From: an uncultured Christensenella sp.
GTDB lineage: Bacteria > Bacillota > Clostridia > Christensenellales > DTU072
Assembly (NCBI GenBank): GCA_964620655.1
Contig: CAZUJW010000002.1
Location: forward strand, 4,144 to 68,143
Reading direction: 5' to 3'
DNA: 64,000 nucleotides
The stretch's first letter is position 1. Each line of letters starts with the position of its first letter. Under the pieces are notes generated by a model. The model was not told the origin of the DNA. It worked only from the letters and a program-made list of their open reading frames with translations, and ran no database searches. The position numbers and the translations under genes were made by a program. Shown piece by piece: positions 41,341 to 50,800 of this stretch.

Positions 41341-41583
41341 ACCTGAGGTGCTCGTATACTGCAAGCACATTTGGAACCGCAACATTATTATAAGGGATTT
41401 CGGAGTCCGATATACCGGACGTCACGCCCTCGCCGAAAGGTATGGTCAGGGGAAGGCGGAAAGTATGGCAGAAAACCCACCTGCGCAAGCGGGTTTATAT
41501 TACTTGCGGTTACGGCACGCTCGGCAATTTGCTAAAACCGAAAAAAGGTCTACAAAAACACAAATTTTTTGTAGACCTTTTTT
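41341..41583 (+). ncRNA. Candidate ~240-nt small RNA of unknown class
   Basis: Bounded by the orphan promoter and a 14-bp-stem terminator. Contains an internal GNRA-capped hairpin (41479-41494), an 8-bp long-range pair AACCGCAA/TTGCGGTT (41375-41382 / 41504-41511) and other helices. No credible ORF. Confidence 0.35.
41545..41583. terminator. Bidirectional Rho-independent terminator (candidate sRNA / yerC)
   Basis: Stem AAGGTCTACAAAAA/TTTTTGTAGACCTT with a ~7-nt loop. T-runs on both strands. Confidence 0.8.
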
Positions 41584-41640
41584 GTCTTTCTCTTTAGCTT
41601 CGCCGGTTCATTCACGATATCCGGTACGGCGTTCCGACGT

Positions 41641-41925
41641 TTATTTTATTTTTTCGATGATTTTTTTGTATGCGCCGCTTCCGTGTCGAACGCAGTTGTT
41701 GACGCGACTTAACGTCGCGCTGGATATTTCGGTTTTTGCGATTATTTGCGAATAGGTATTGCCTTCGATGAGAAGTTTTGCCGCTCTTAGTCTCTGCGCA
41801 AACTGCTCGGTTTCGGTCACCGTAAACAAGTCCTTAAAAAAGTCTTCGCACAAGGTTTCGTCGTCGATAGCCACGACGGCTTTTTTTAAGTCTTCTATCA
41901 TATCGTAAGTAATTTTATCTTCCAT
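41641..41925 (-). CDS. yerC: TrpR-family YerC/YecD-like DNA-binding protein
   Basis: 94 aa. FFKDLFT..E...FAQRL..AKLL..G.TY..I...T.IS.ATLSRV is typical of the YerC/YecD family. Confidence 0.8.
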   Translation of the reverse strand: MEDKITYDMIEDLKKAVVAIDDETLCEDFFKDLFTVTETEQFAQRLRAAKLLIEGNTYSQIIAKTEISSATLSRVNNCVRHGSGAYKKIIEKIK

Positions 41926-41950
41926 AATTTTCCTCCGTAAATTCCCTTTT

Positions 41951-42781
41951 TTATTCTTGTCCGTTAATAAACGTTTTCATTTTTTCGCTTTTTGGGTCTC
42001 CGAACACTTCTTCGGGGGTGCCTTCTTCTTCGATTACGCCCTCCGACATAAATATAATTTTGTCGGACACGTTGCGTGCGAAATTCATTTCGTGAGTCAC
42101 TACTATCATAGTCGTGTCGCCGCCTTTAAGTCCCCTTATTACTTTAAGGACTTCTCCCGTAAGCTCGGGGTCAAGCGCGCTCGTCGGCTCGTCGAAACAT
42201 AATATTTCGGGGTCGAGCGCCAATGCTCTCGCAATAGCCACGCGCTGTTGCTGTCCGCCCGACAGTTCGCACGGATAGGCTTTCGCCTTATCTCTCAAAC
42301 CCACCCTGTCGAGAAGTTCGTACGCCCGCTGTTCTATCGCTCCGAGAACGTTCCGTTTAAGCTCTTTTTTCTTCTTGTGCGTTATCTTTATTCCGAGTTT
42401 TTCTTCTTTTATTTTATTATAACCTATTTTGAGCGATTTTTTTGCCTTAATTTCGCTTGCTAAAGTAATATTCCTTAAAATGTTCAGATGCGGAAACAAA
42501 TTAAAGTTTTGAAAAACCATTCCGAACCGCAATTTTTCGTCGGCAGATTTCTTTTTTTCCGCAACGTTTTTTCCGTCGAACGCAATCTTCCCGTCCACGA
42601 TTATTTCGCCGCTGTCGGCTCTTTCGAGAGAATTAAGACACCGTAATAAAGTGGTTTTTCCGCTGCCGCTGTTCCCGATTATCGTAAGGACTTCGCCTTT
42701 ACTTAAAGAAAAACTTATTCCTTTCAAAACTTCCGTCGTTCCGAAATTCTTTTTCAGATTTTTTACTTCCAATAAAGCCAT
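41951..42781 (-). CDS. Polar amino-acid ABC transporter ATP-binding protein (GlnQ/ArtP-like) with a Lys-rich insertion
   Basis: Walker A GNSGSGKTT, signature LSGGQQQR and Walker B ILCFDEPTSALD. About 25-30 extra residues (aa ~113-145) compared with the typical layout. Confidence 0.9.
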   Translation of the reverse strand: MALLEVKNLKKNFGTTEVLKGISFSLSKGEVLTIIGNSGSGKTTLLRCLNSLERADSGEIIVDGKIAFDGKNVAEKKKSADEKLRFGMVFQNFNLFPHLNILRNITLASEIKAKKSLKIGYNKIKEEKLGIKITHKKKKELKRNVLGAIEQRAYELLDRVGLRDKAKAYPCELSGGQQQRVAIARALALDPEILCFDEPTSALDPELTGEVLKVIRGLKGGDTTMIVVTHEMNFARNVSDKIIFMSEGVIEEEGTPEEVFGDPKSEKMKTFINGQE

Positions 42782-42791
42782 ATCCCTACCC

Positions 42792-43475
42792 TTAAATTTT
42801 GTAATAATCGAGTTTTTTTTCTATTCTGCCCAATATTATCGTAAGAACGCCGTTGAAGATAAGGTAGAACGCTCCCGCATAGAAAAGGGGCATAATGTTT
42901 ACCGTAAGATTAACTATATTCTGCGCCGACTTGATTATTTCCACCACGCCTATTACTCTTGCGAGCGACGTGTCCTTAACCAAGGTAATGACTTCGTTCC
43001 CGACGGGGGCGACGGTGCGTTTAACTACCTGCGGCAATATAACGTAACGGTAAGTTTGCCTTTTGTTAAGCCCGAGTACGGCGGACGCTTCGTATTGCCC
43101 TTTGCTGATACTTTCGATTCCGCCCCTGAAAATTTCGGCAAAATACGCGGCATAGTTAATGACGAACGCTATCACGCAGAACAGGAAATTCACGTTTGCC
43201 ATACTCGTACCGAAAAAGCCGGCGATAGCCTTGTTGGGCAAGTCGAAAACTATACTCGGCACGAACGACACTACGATTATCTGCAGCATAAGCGGCGTGC
43301 CGCGGATTACCCATATAAAGCCTTTGGTAAGGTACTTTAACGGTTTGAACGCCGACATCGAACAAAAACTTACGACTAATCCTAACGGTATCGCAAGTAC
43401 GAGCGTAATTACGAAAAGTAATACGGTGAGTCCGAATCCTTCGGCTAATTGAACTAATATCTGACCGAAATTCAT
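42792..43475 (-). CDS. Amino-acid ABC transporter permease (His/Glu/Gln/Arg/opine family)
   Basis: 227 aa with an EAA-type loop (YEASAVLGLNKRQTYRYVILPQ). Confidence 0.85.
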   Translation of the reverse strand: MNFGQILVQLAEGFGLTVLLFVITLVLAIPLGLVVSFCSMSAFKPLKYLTKGFIWVIRGTPLMLQIIVVSFVPSIVFDLPNKAIAGFFGTSMANVNFLFCVIAFVINYAAYFAEIFRGGIESISKGQYEASAVLGLNKRQTYRYVILPQVVKRTVAPVGNEVITLVKDTSLARVIGVVEIIKSAQNIVNLTVNIMPLFYAGAFYLIFNGVLTIILGRIEKKLDYYKI

Positions 43476-43558
43476 TTGTTTCCTTAGTTTAGTATTTTTT
43501 TGCGGCTTCCCGCCCGAAAATAAATTTCGGGAAGGAAACCAAGCTAAGTTTGACTGAT

Positions 43559-44443
43559 TTATTTTTTTACTATCATTATCGATTCTGCGGCGGAACCTTC
43601 TTCTACCGCCACTATCTTGTCCTTTGCCGACGACTTAAAAGCGTCGAGAGAAGAAAGGTCGTAACTGCTTTCGTCCTTTTTAAGGATAATTATCGTCTGC
43701 TTGTTGGCTAAATACGGAATGGACATACTCATACCCGCCTTTCTTTCTTCGGTGATGGTCATACCGTTCCAGACAAGGTCTATACTTTCGTTTTCGAGCA
43801 GAGCTTCTTTCGTACTCCAATCGATTTCGATAAATTCACATTCTATTTTCGAGCCGTAAGTCGCGTTAAGATACTCTACTATTTTTCTCGCAAGCTCTAT
43901 ATCGAACCCGGTAAAATTACCGTCGATATCTTCGTAAGCTATAGGCGCGAATACCGTATAGCCTATATTGAGTTTTTTCGACGCGACCACTTCGTCCCAT
44001 GACGAGTCGGTGGCGTTGTTTATCGGATTAGTCGTGTCGTTGCCGACAAGATTTTCGCTATAAAGGCCGAACCTGTCGCCGATTTTTTTGAGTTCTCCGT
44101 TCTTTTGTAAGGCGATAAGCCCTTCGTTTATTTTGGAAATAAGTGCGTCGTTACCCTTCTTAGCGCCGATACCGTATTCTTCTTCCGACAGATTAAACGG
44201 AAGAGCCTTCATAGAATCTTTATACGAACCGTTGTTCATATAGTACCCTGCCATTACGCTGTCCATTACCCCTATATCGGCAGAACCGTTGCTTAACGAA
44301 TTCAATACGTCTATCTGCGCCGACATAGATACCGTTTCTTTGCCGAAAAGGTATTCTTTCTTACTGCCGCAAGCCACCGCCGCTACCGTAACGGCTACCG
44401 CCAAACATACTATCGCAACGATTTTTATAACGTTCTTTTTCAT
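43559..44443 (-). CDS. Amino-acid ABC transporter substrate-binding lipoprotein (family 3)
   Basis: Lipobox AVAC. SBP_bac_3-like segments (DIELARKI, DLVWNGMTIT). Confidence 0.8.
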   Translation of the reverse strand: MKKNVIKIVAIVCLAVAVTVAAVACGSKKEYLFGKETVSMSAQIDVLNSLSNGSADIGVMDSVMAGYYMNNGSYKDSMKALPFNLSEEEYGIGAKKGNDALISKINEGLIALQKNGELKKIGDRFGLYSENLVGNDTTNPINNATDSSWDEVVASKKLNIGYTVFAPIAYEDIDGNFTGFDIELARKIVEYLNATYGSKIECEFIEIDWSTKEALLENESIDLVWNGMTITEERKAGMSMSIPYLANKQTIIILKKDESSYDLSSLDAFKSSAKDKIVAVEEGSAAESIMIVKK

Positions 44444-44498
44444 CGTGACACCTCTCGTTTGAATTTACTTTACCGCTTTAACTAAGTAAAGTATCTTC

Positions 44499-44527
44499 AT
44501 TGTACTTTATCTTGCTAAATAAGTAAA
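44499..44527 (-). promoter_or_regulatory. Putative promoter of the amino-acid ABC operon
   Basis: On the minus strand: TTTACT (44527-44522), 17-nt spacer, TACAAT (44504-44499). The -35 lies inside one of two TAAGTAAAG direct repeats (44483-44491, 44520-44528). Confidence 0.4.
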
Positions 44528-44589
44528 GCGATTTTACGCAACTTTTTGAAAAATTTTTAACTTTTCAATTACCTACCCGTTATCGGAGT

Positions 44590-44630
44590 AAAAAACCGCC
44601 GCAGTCTTATATAAACCACGGCGGTTTTTT
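44590..44630. terminator. Bidirectional terminator between the 1044-aa gene and the ABC operon
   Basis: Stem AACCGCCG/CGGCGGTT with a 17-nt loop, flanked by an A-run and a T-run. Confidence 0.7.
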
Positions 44631-44675
44631 ATTTAATATGGTATTTATTTTTACTCTATATATCTATATATATAA

Positions 44676-47600
44676 TTACGGGTGTGACGGTACGTTGCCT
44701 GCGGTAATAAGAGCGTACTTAGGCGTACTGAAAATTATTTTATGCGCAGACTCCTGTGAAGACGGAACGTATATCGTCATAAGGTTAGCTGTTTCTTTTT
44801 CGAATATCGCAGTAGGCAGCGACCTGTAATAGAAGGCTTCGTTATCGAGCTGAGTGTTTGCCGTAGACTTTATTACGCTTTCTATAATAAGGGTACGCAA
44901 CTGTTTACAGCCCGTAAAGGTAGCGTTGCCGACTTGCTGCAACTTCTTCGGCAGGTAAACCCATTCGAGCGACGTGCAGTTTTGGAAAGCTCCGTCGCCG
45001 AGAGCGTTTATATAATCGGTTTCCGTGCCTTTTTCCACTTCGTACTCGTACTTGAACTGCGTAAGATACCCTTTTCTGTTGTTGTTGCCGCTGGCGGTGG
45101 TTTCGTTCACTATTGCGGTTTCGCTAAGGTCTATCCACTTTAAGGAGCGGCAACGCATAAAGGCGTTCTGCCCTATTACCCTTAACGAAGTTCCCCCTTC
45201 GAAAGAAGTAATCTTAGTGCCGAAGAAAGCGTAGTCGCCGATATATTCGAAAGTATTCTTGTCCAGGAACTTCACTTCTTCCAGGTTTACGCAACCGTTA
45301 AGAGCGTCGTGTTCGAAACGGGTAATATTTGCGGGTACGGTAAGGGTGGTTACGCTGGTAGGCAAAGCGTACATAGCGAGTTCGGTTATCGGAGCGGGTA
45401 CGGTAAGACCTTCTATCTTTTCGGGAAGAACGATATTCTTACTTCTTACCGACCAATAAACTATACTATACGCCACAGGGGTTTTGCTCCTTTCATCCTT
45501 GCCCTTATCTTTTTTATCGTAAATCGGTTGCAAAGCTATCGACACTTCGGCGTCTTCGCCCTGCGTAGCTCCCGGGTTTACGTAGGTTTTGATAAGTCCT
45601 ATGTCGTGGACGAAAACCACGTTTCTGAAATTGGAGGCGGAGGCTATCGTAGCCGTCGTTTCGCCTTTACTGTTAAAGGTGTAGGTAGCTTTCGAATCGA
45701 GAATAGTTTGTTTGAAACTTTCCATTACGGTGTCTTTACAGAATATTCTCGTCGGCAAGGAGTAAGTGGATACCGTGCCGTCGTCACTATCGTTACTGCC
45801 GCTTTCGAAAGTACCGTACAAAAGGTCGGAGAATTTATGCTGAGTAAGAACTTCGTCCTTATTTTCTTCTCTGGAAAATCCTTTCGGGATTTTGTCTACT
45901 ACGTTAAGATTCGGGAATTCTATACTTTTAAGACGGGAACAGCCTTCGAAAGGACCGTTGCCGTACTTTTCGAAATCGGAAGAAAGTATTACCACCCTGT
46001 CGATGGCTTTCATATTGCCGAAACATCTGGAATGTAAAATCCTTAACGTACTGCCTTCCTTGAAGGTAAGGCTCGTGACGTTGCTGCAATTGTAAAAAGC
46101 GGACTTCCCTATTTCGGTGACGCTCACGGGGATTTCGAGTCTGGTTATTTTCGACTGGTAATTAAACGCATTATTCCCTATGTACTCTATACCTTCCGCC
46201 AGAGTAAGATTTTCTATACAGTTTACCGTATAGTTACCGGCGTCGAAACATGCGTCGGGAATAATGTTAAGGGCGTTGTTTTCCCCGTCGTCGGCTAAAA
46301 ACCTTACTTCGGTAAGGTTGGCGCAATTTCCGAAAAGGTTAGCTCCTATCCTGTTAAGGTCGGTTTTCGCTTCGAGCCAACCGGCATTCTTTTCTATCTC
46401 TTTCGCTTCGTCCGAACCTATCTGAGTATCGAATTTACAACCGGCTTCGAATACTACCTGCGAAAAGCCCGTTTCGAAGAAGCAAGCAGTTCCGATAAAT
46501 TTGTAAGCGGGCTTAATATGCAGAATGCTTTCGTTAATTCCGTTATTCGTCGTTATTTTCCAACCGCTGTAACGGAAAGCGAAGTTGCCTAAATACGACA
46601 CGGTGTCGGGCAGAGTGAAAGAACTCGTAATACCCATCTTCTTCGTCCCCTGGAAGGCGTAGTCACCGATGACTTCAAGGCAAGAACCTTTGTTAAAGGT
46701 GGCTTTTTCGAGCGCATTGCAATTGTTGAAAGCGTAAGCTCCGATTTCTTTGACAAACTTACCTATCGTGAGTTCTTTAATATTATTGACGTTCTGAAAG
46801 GCTTTGTTGGCTATTTTTACCACGGGGTATTCGCTGGAAGTTACCGTTTCTTTGCCCGTGGTTTCGTTCTTTACTATCTTTTCGTCGGCTATCGTATCGC
46901 CTATGTTCATAATAGGGTACTTCCCCCTGCTGTTGTCTTTCGTGATGATTACGCCGCTGTTGTAGGTGATAGGCTTATCGTTTACCACGTTGGTTATCGG
47001 TTTGTCAAGGCTGACTACTTCGTACTCGAATAATCTCGTGTAGTAGGCGTACAGCGTAACGTCCGACCAAAAATAGTAGGTGTCGGTACTCTTGACAAGC
47101 TGACCTTTGCCGTTAGGCTCGGTGTACCAACCTTCGAATATCCAACCACCGGCTTTCGTCGGAAGACCTACGGTGTCGTTGGTATAGTCGGCGTCGAGTA
47201 TTCCGCCTACGTTCATTTCCGTGCCGTAGTCGATGTCGCTCGGATTGCTCACTTCGTCTTTCGTCTGCGCGGAAGACGCTCTTCTGTCGGCGTTCTGATA
47301 ATTTAACGTAAGATAATACGACGGCGAAACCTTTACGGTAAAGTTCATATCCAAATCTTCTGAAAACTTTATTTTTTTCGTTTCCGAACCGGTATTGTAG
47401 AAAATATTCTTTATATTAAAGGTCATTTCGTCACCCTTAGTTGCGTCTGCGGGTACCGTAATTTTAATAATCGTGTTAATCTTCGACGAACCCGTCGCAA
47501 ACTGCGACGGCATAACTTTTTCGTTATTGACGGTGACGTAGCTTATAGCGTACTTTTTAGGATTGTTGTACTTTATCGACACGAGAAAACTTTTGCCCGC

Positions 47601-47810
47601 GAATATAGCCATCGGGTTTCCGCTGTCTTTGTTGTACAAATACTCCTGACTTTCGGTATAGTTCGGTTCGTCTTTCAGCATTTCCACACTGTCTATCGTG
47701 GGCGGAACTACCGTATCCGACGGTCCGAACAGATCGCAAGAACTCAGTATCGTCAGCGCAAACAGTGCGACGACGACAATCAATAACAATAATAACGATT
47801 TCCTTTTCAT
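44676..47810 (-). CDS. Large lipoprotein with BspA-type leucine-rich repeats and a Listeria-Bacteroides-type repeat
   Basis: Lipobox LSSC. Many (I/V)G..AF..C..L units (e.g. IGNNAFNYQSKITRLEIPVSVTEIGKSAFYNCSNVTSLTF). GWYTEPNGKG motif. RBS AGGAGAA. Confidence 0.7.
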   Translation of the reverse strand: MKRKSLLLLLIVVVALFALTILSSCDLFGPSDTVVPPTIDSVEMLKDEPNYTESQEYLYNKDSGNPMAIFAGKSFLVSIKYNNPKKYAISYVTVNNEKVMPSQFATGSSKINTIIKITVPADATKGDEMTFNIKNIFYNTGSETKKIKFSEDLDMNFTVKVSPSYYLTLNYQNADRRASSAQTKDEVSNPSDIDYGTEMNVGGILDADYTNDTVGLPTKAGGWIFEGWYTEPNGKGQLVKSTDTYYFWSDVTLYAYYTRLFEYEVVSLDKPITNVVNDKPITYNSGVIITKDNSRGKYPIMNIGDTIADEKIVKNETTGKETVTSSEYPVVKIANKAFQNVNNIKELTIGKFVKEIGAYAFNNCNALEKATFNKGSCLEVIGDYAFQGTKKMGITSSFTLPDTVSYLGNFAFRYSGWKITTNNGINESILHIKPAYKFIGTACFFETGFSQVVFEAGCKFDTQIGSDEAKEIEKNAGWLEAKTDLNRIGANLFGNCANLTEVRFLADDGENNALNIIPDACFDAGNYTVNCIENLTLAEGIEYIGNNAFNYQSKITRLEIPVSVTEIGKSAFYNCSNVTSLTFKEGSTLRILHSRCFGNMKAIDRVVILSSDFEKYGNGPFEGCSRLKSIEFPNLNVVDKIPKGFSREENKDEVLTQHKFSDLLYGTFESGSNDSDDGTVSTYSLPTRIFCKDTVMESFKQTILDSKATYTFNSKGETTATIASASNFRNVVFVHDIGLIKTYVNPGATQGEDAEVSIALQPIYDKKDKGKDERSKTPVAYSIVYWSVRSKNIVLPEKIEGLTVPAPITELAMYALPTSVTTLTVPANITRFEHDALNGCVNLEEVKFLDKNTFEYIGDYAFFGTKITSFEGGTSLRVIGQNAFMRCRSLKWIDLSETAIVNETTASGNNNRKGYLTQFKYEYEVEKGTETDYINALGDGAFQNCTSLEWVYLPKKLQQVGNATFTGCKQLRTLIIESVIKSTANTQLDNEAFYYRSLPTAIFEKETANLMTIYVPSSQESAHKIIFSTPKYALITAGNVPSHP

Positions 47811-47820
47811 AGCCTTTCTC

Positions 47821-50800
47821 CTAACCGTGTTTCTTTCTCCAAATAATCAATATTACCGCAATTATCGCGGCTGCGCCCGCTACGCTCCCGCCTATTATGA
47901 AATAGAGTGCGTACCCCGACTTTATATCGGAAGTCTGATCTTCGACGACTTTAACGGCGTACCTGCCGCCGAACACCGTCGCTCCCGTACTTATGTTTCT
48001 TATGACGATAACGATTTCTCCTTCGTTGCCGTTTAGTATAAGCTCTTCGTAATAATATCCGTTTACGTATATTCCGTAACTACTCTTATATTCGTCTTTA
48101 AGCGACAATCTGCCGCCGTCTTTCGACACTTCCAACGTATCGCCCTTAAACGTTACGCCGTTCGTATTAAACGTCTCTTCCGTAATGACGACGGGAGTCG
48201 AACCGCCCTGGTACGTCACGTCGAAAATGTAATTGAAAGCTACTTGTTCTCCGAGCGTAACAGTAACCGCCACCGTTTCGGTCTTCGTAAATTCGATATA
48301 GTCTACCGCATTGCCGTTGCGGCAAAGGACGAGTCCGTCGAGTACGGGGGTAAGTCTCATTTTTACCGCGCCGTAAATTATCGTTCTGCCGTCGGGAAGA
48401 AAACTTATATTGTCGGGATTATCGAACGCGAAATCGGCAAGTGTGATTTTCGCCGTCCTGATATTAGCCGAACCGTAAATCGCGTTAAAGTTTCGGTTGT
48501 CGTCGGGGACAAAAGTATATCCGTACGCCGATTGTCCTTCTTTAAGCGCCTGCCCGCCGTCGGGAACGAACCTGCCCGAAACGGAATTGCCGTCAAAAGT
48601 AGCCGTACCGACTATATCCCCTTCGGTAAGAGTATAATCTTCTATAAAAAGCCTTTCCGAATCGGCTACCGTCACGACGGGATTTGCAGCGACTATGGTT
48701 ATTATACAGTTGCCGCTCTGCGTTCTTCCCGTAGGATAGGTTATCGTAACGCCCGCAGTGTACACGCCCGCATTCGTGTGCGCGTTGTTGGAATACACTA
48801 CCGTCACGTCTTCGCTTATACCCGCTATCTCCACTCTTATCTCGCTCCCCGTATAGACGTAAGTAACGTCGTGCCAATAAGAATACGAAAGATAGTCGGG
48901 ATAAGGATTGGGTATTACGGTAATTTTACCTGTTTTCGTCATTTCCGCTTCGTAGTTGTCGAAAGTCGCCGTTACGGTAACGTCGAACGTACTTCCCACG
49001 GGAGCGGTTGCGGCATAAGAAGTGTTTATTCTTATATTCGCCCCTTTAAGACTCGTTACGGTCTTGTTTATATCGTCGCCAGCTTTACCGTAGCAACGGT
49101 AGGACGCGGTGTAACTTTCCCTTTGCCAAACTTCCGCGTCGTCTACTTCTATCGAAAGAGAGGCTTTCTTTACTCTTACGGTAAAGTAATCGTTCGTTAA
49201 TTTATAGTTGACGTTGTCGTAAAGAGAAACCAATATCCCGTACGAACCTACGTCATAGATATCTTCAGCCGTTCCGGATACTTTAATTCCCAAACTAAGG
49301 TCGGAAGCCTTATCGCCGAAAGCAAGCGTCCCTACGTTGTAAGAAAATCTGCCGTTCTGACTGCTGCCGGAATAAACGGCTTCGTAACTTGTAGCGGAAG
49401 TTTCCGTGCCGTCCACTTTCCACACGAGCAAAAGTTCTTTCGGAGTAATCGTTATTTCGTTCTTTCCTTCGGGTACGAAATTGTAATTCGTGGTAAGAAT
49501 TACGTCGTCGGCGGTTACGTTTTGTATCCCGGCATTGCGTCCGGTTTTTACCGTAATCTCAAAAGTTTCGCCCGAATAAACGTAGTTCTTTACCGTAAGG
49601 GTAGTTTCGGTAATTACGTACTTTACGCCGTCTGTTTCCGTATTGCCCGTAGTGCCGTAAACGTAGCTTACCGAGCCTAACGTAAAGGGTATCGTAAGTT
49701 TGTTTACGGTTATATTTACGGTAGGATTGCCGACAGAGTAATCTGTATTCCTTACCGCTATATCTACGAAATAATTCCCGGCGCTTATTATAGACGGTAT
49801 CGACTGACTTAGCGCATTGCGGTAGCCTAACAATATATCGTCCGCCGTCAACTCGTCGTTCACCGCTCCGTCTATCGAAATAATCTCTATCGTAACGCTG
49901 CCGTTTTTTACGTAGTCGTACGTTTGTTCTATATTTACGGTCACGGCTTTTTTCGTAATTTCGAGTTCTGCGTAAGCCGCCGCCGCTTCTTCGTTCTCGC
50001 CGCCGTCGAAAATTATTCCTATCGAATAAACTCCCGCCCTAATAGCTTCGGTCGATACCGAGTTTTGCGTGCATTCCAGTCTTACAGCCGTTCCGTCGGG
50101 CAAACCAGAATAGGAAAAGTTATTTAAGTCAGCTTTATTATTTCCGTCGTAAACGAAAGAATATTTTTCTTCCGCAACGGTAAGGTTATATTTTATTTTC
50201 TTGACGACGTACCGACAAGCGTAGGTATCCGCAAAATAATTTTTCGCCAAATCCCCTTTCGGCGCGACTAACGCTTCGATAAGATATTCGCCGGCGTTCT
50301 TAATTTCCGTAACCGCCGTTCCGCTTTTCGTTATCGTATATTGTACGTCCGCTTCTTCGTCGGTAAAAAAATCTATCTTCTTTTCTACAGCCGTCCCGTC
50401 GTAAGTCTTTTCTCCGCCCGAAAACTCGTCGTTCCTTGACTTCTTTATCGAGACCTTTTCTATCGTAAAAACGCCGTCTTCGTAAATTACGTCGTAGTTA
50501 TTCGGACTATCTTTTGTTATTGTCTTAACCGAATACGTCCCTGCGTCGTAAACGCCCGACACTTCCTTTTCGCCGTCGAGAATTTTGTAAGTAAACTCAG
50601 AGCCGAAAACGCTCGATACCGTTTCTCCGTCAATAAAACCGCTTACCGATACCGCTTCGGTAAGGAAGGCAGCCGTTCCGTACTCTATATTTCCGTCGGG
50701 AGCGACTACGGTAAGAACAGCCTTTTTTATTTCCAACTTCACTTTAAGCGTGAGCGGTATATAGTTTTCGTCTATCGTAAAAGTACCCGTTACGACGTAA

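Noticed and set aside
41341-41583. SRP RNA, 6S RNA or an orphan riboswitch for the candidate sRNA
   Set aside because: GGUCAGGGGAAGGCGGAAAG superficially resembles the SRP helix-8 sequence GGUCAGGUCCGGAAGGAAGCAGC, but it cannot form the GGAA-capped helix. The 5' and 3' ends do not pair into a 6S-like closing stem. No riboswitch core I know is present (TPP, SAM, cobalamin, c-di-GMP/AMP, ZTP, guanidine, fluoride, T-box), and no downstream gene exists.
41315-41755. 146-aa plus-strand ORF covering the candidate sRNA
   Set aside because: It starts inside the promoter's spacer, has no RBS, reads straight through a strong bidirectional terminator and into the antisense of yerC. The translation is low-complexity.
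48244-49200. 318-aa plus-strand ORF inside the giant adhesin gene (and similar ones at 52501-52893 and 35415-36161)
   Set aside because: These are antisense shadow ORFs with Arg/Tyr/Val-rich nonsense-like sequence. The minus-strand reading frame is continuous for 2059 aa with coherent repeat structure.
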